DNA of 24,178 nt from Ginkgo biloba (taxonomy: Eukaryota; Plantae; Ginkgophyta): positions 17,381,428-17,405,605 of the forward strand of contig JANKJI020000001.1 of the NCBI GenBank assembly GCA_024626585.2, in the 5' to 3' direction. How positions within the stretch are numbered: position 1 is the first letter of the stretch; every line of letters starts with the position of its first letter. The notes beneath the pieces were generated by a model, which had not been told where the DNA came from, did not search any database, and worked only from the letters and a program-made list of their open reading frames with translations. Shown here piece after piece: positions 23,779 through 24,178 of the stretch. The translations under genes were made by a program, and so were the position numbers.

Positions 23779-24178
23779 TAGTTATATTCTAAATTTGTGT
23801 TTACAAATTTATCATGGTTGCATAATCAACTTTCTTTGTACTTCTTGAATGTAACCTCTAACTTGGTCTTGTACCTATAATTTAGCAAACCACCAAATAG
23901 GATCCTCTTCAGATGGAGAAGATCATCACATATTCAAATTGTTCAACAACCTTTTATGGCTCTTTCCCATTCTATAAAACTTGTACCACTCCCTTCCATG
24001 TGTCAACCTTAACATGTGAATTTACCAAGCCAGCACACCAATAAACTTGCAAGTAACAATAAACCCCTTTGTGGGAAAAATTATCCTTCATGAACAATAC
24101 TAAACTCATCCTTTGTGGACAACATGCTTTAATTAACTAAATCCATCAAGTATTTTTCAAATCATGGTCTGCAACAAA
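23779..24178 (-). repeat. Copy 2 of the ~400 bp direct repeat (copy 1 at 1-401); internal 3' region upstream of the PPT
   Basis: Colinear with 1-401 and ~125 bp from the PPT at 23645-23653. Confidence 0.9.

Overview
AT-rich, CpG/CHG-depleted eukaryotic DNA, most likely a repeat-rich land-plant nuclear scaffold (a large genome such as a gymnosperm is plausible but is inference). It is broken by 18 N gaps, 13 of them exactly 100 N, so adjacency across gaps is unreliable. Most recognisable content is decayed transposons: a Ty1/copia gag-protease-integrase remnant (+, ~15.5-17.4 kb), an L1-type LINE ORF1 remnant (-, ~7.3-8.0 kb), several LTR/PBS/PPT signatures, and dispersed direct and inverted repeat copies, including a ~400 bp direct repeat that brackets the window. 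The most interesting items are (1) a CpG-retaining, stop-free minus-strand frame at 1366-1560 followed by four AATAAA signals, probably the last exon of a host gene missing from the ORF track; (2) a primer-binding site extended to ~51 nt of tRNA-Arg(UCU), from the anticodon arm to CCA (10787-10837); and (3) a short LTR flanked by both a PPT (inside a hairpin) and a PBS-like site (23344-23665). I cannot support an intact novel multi-gene system from this sequence.
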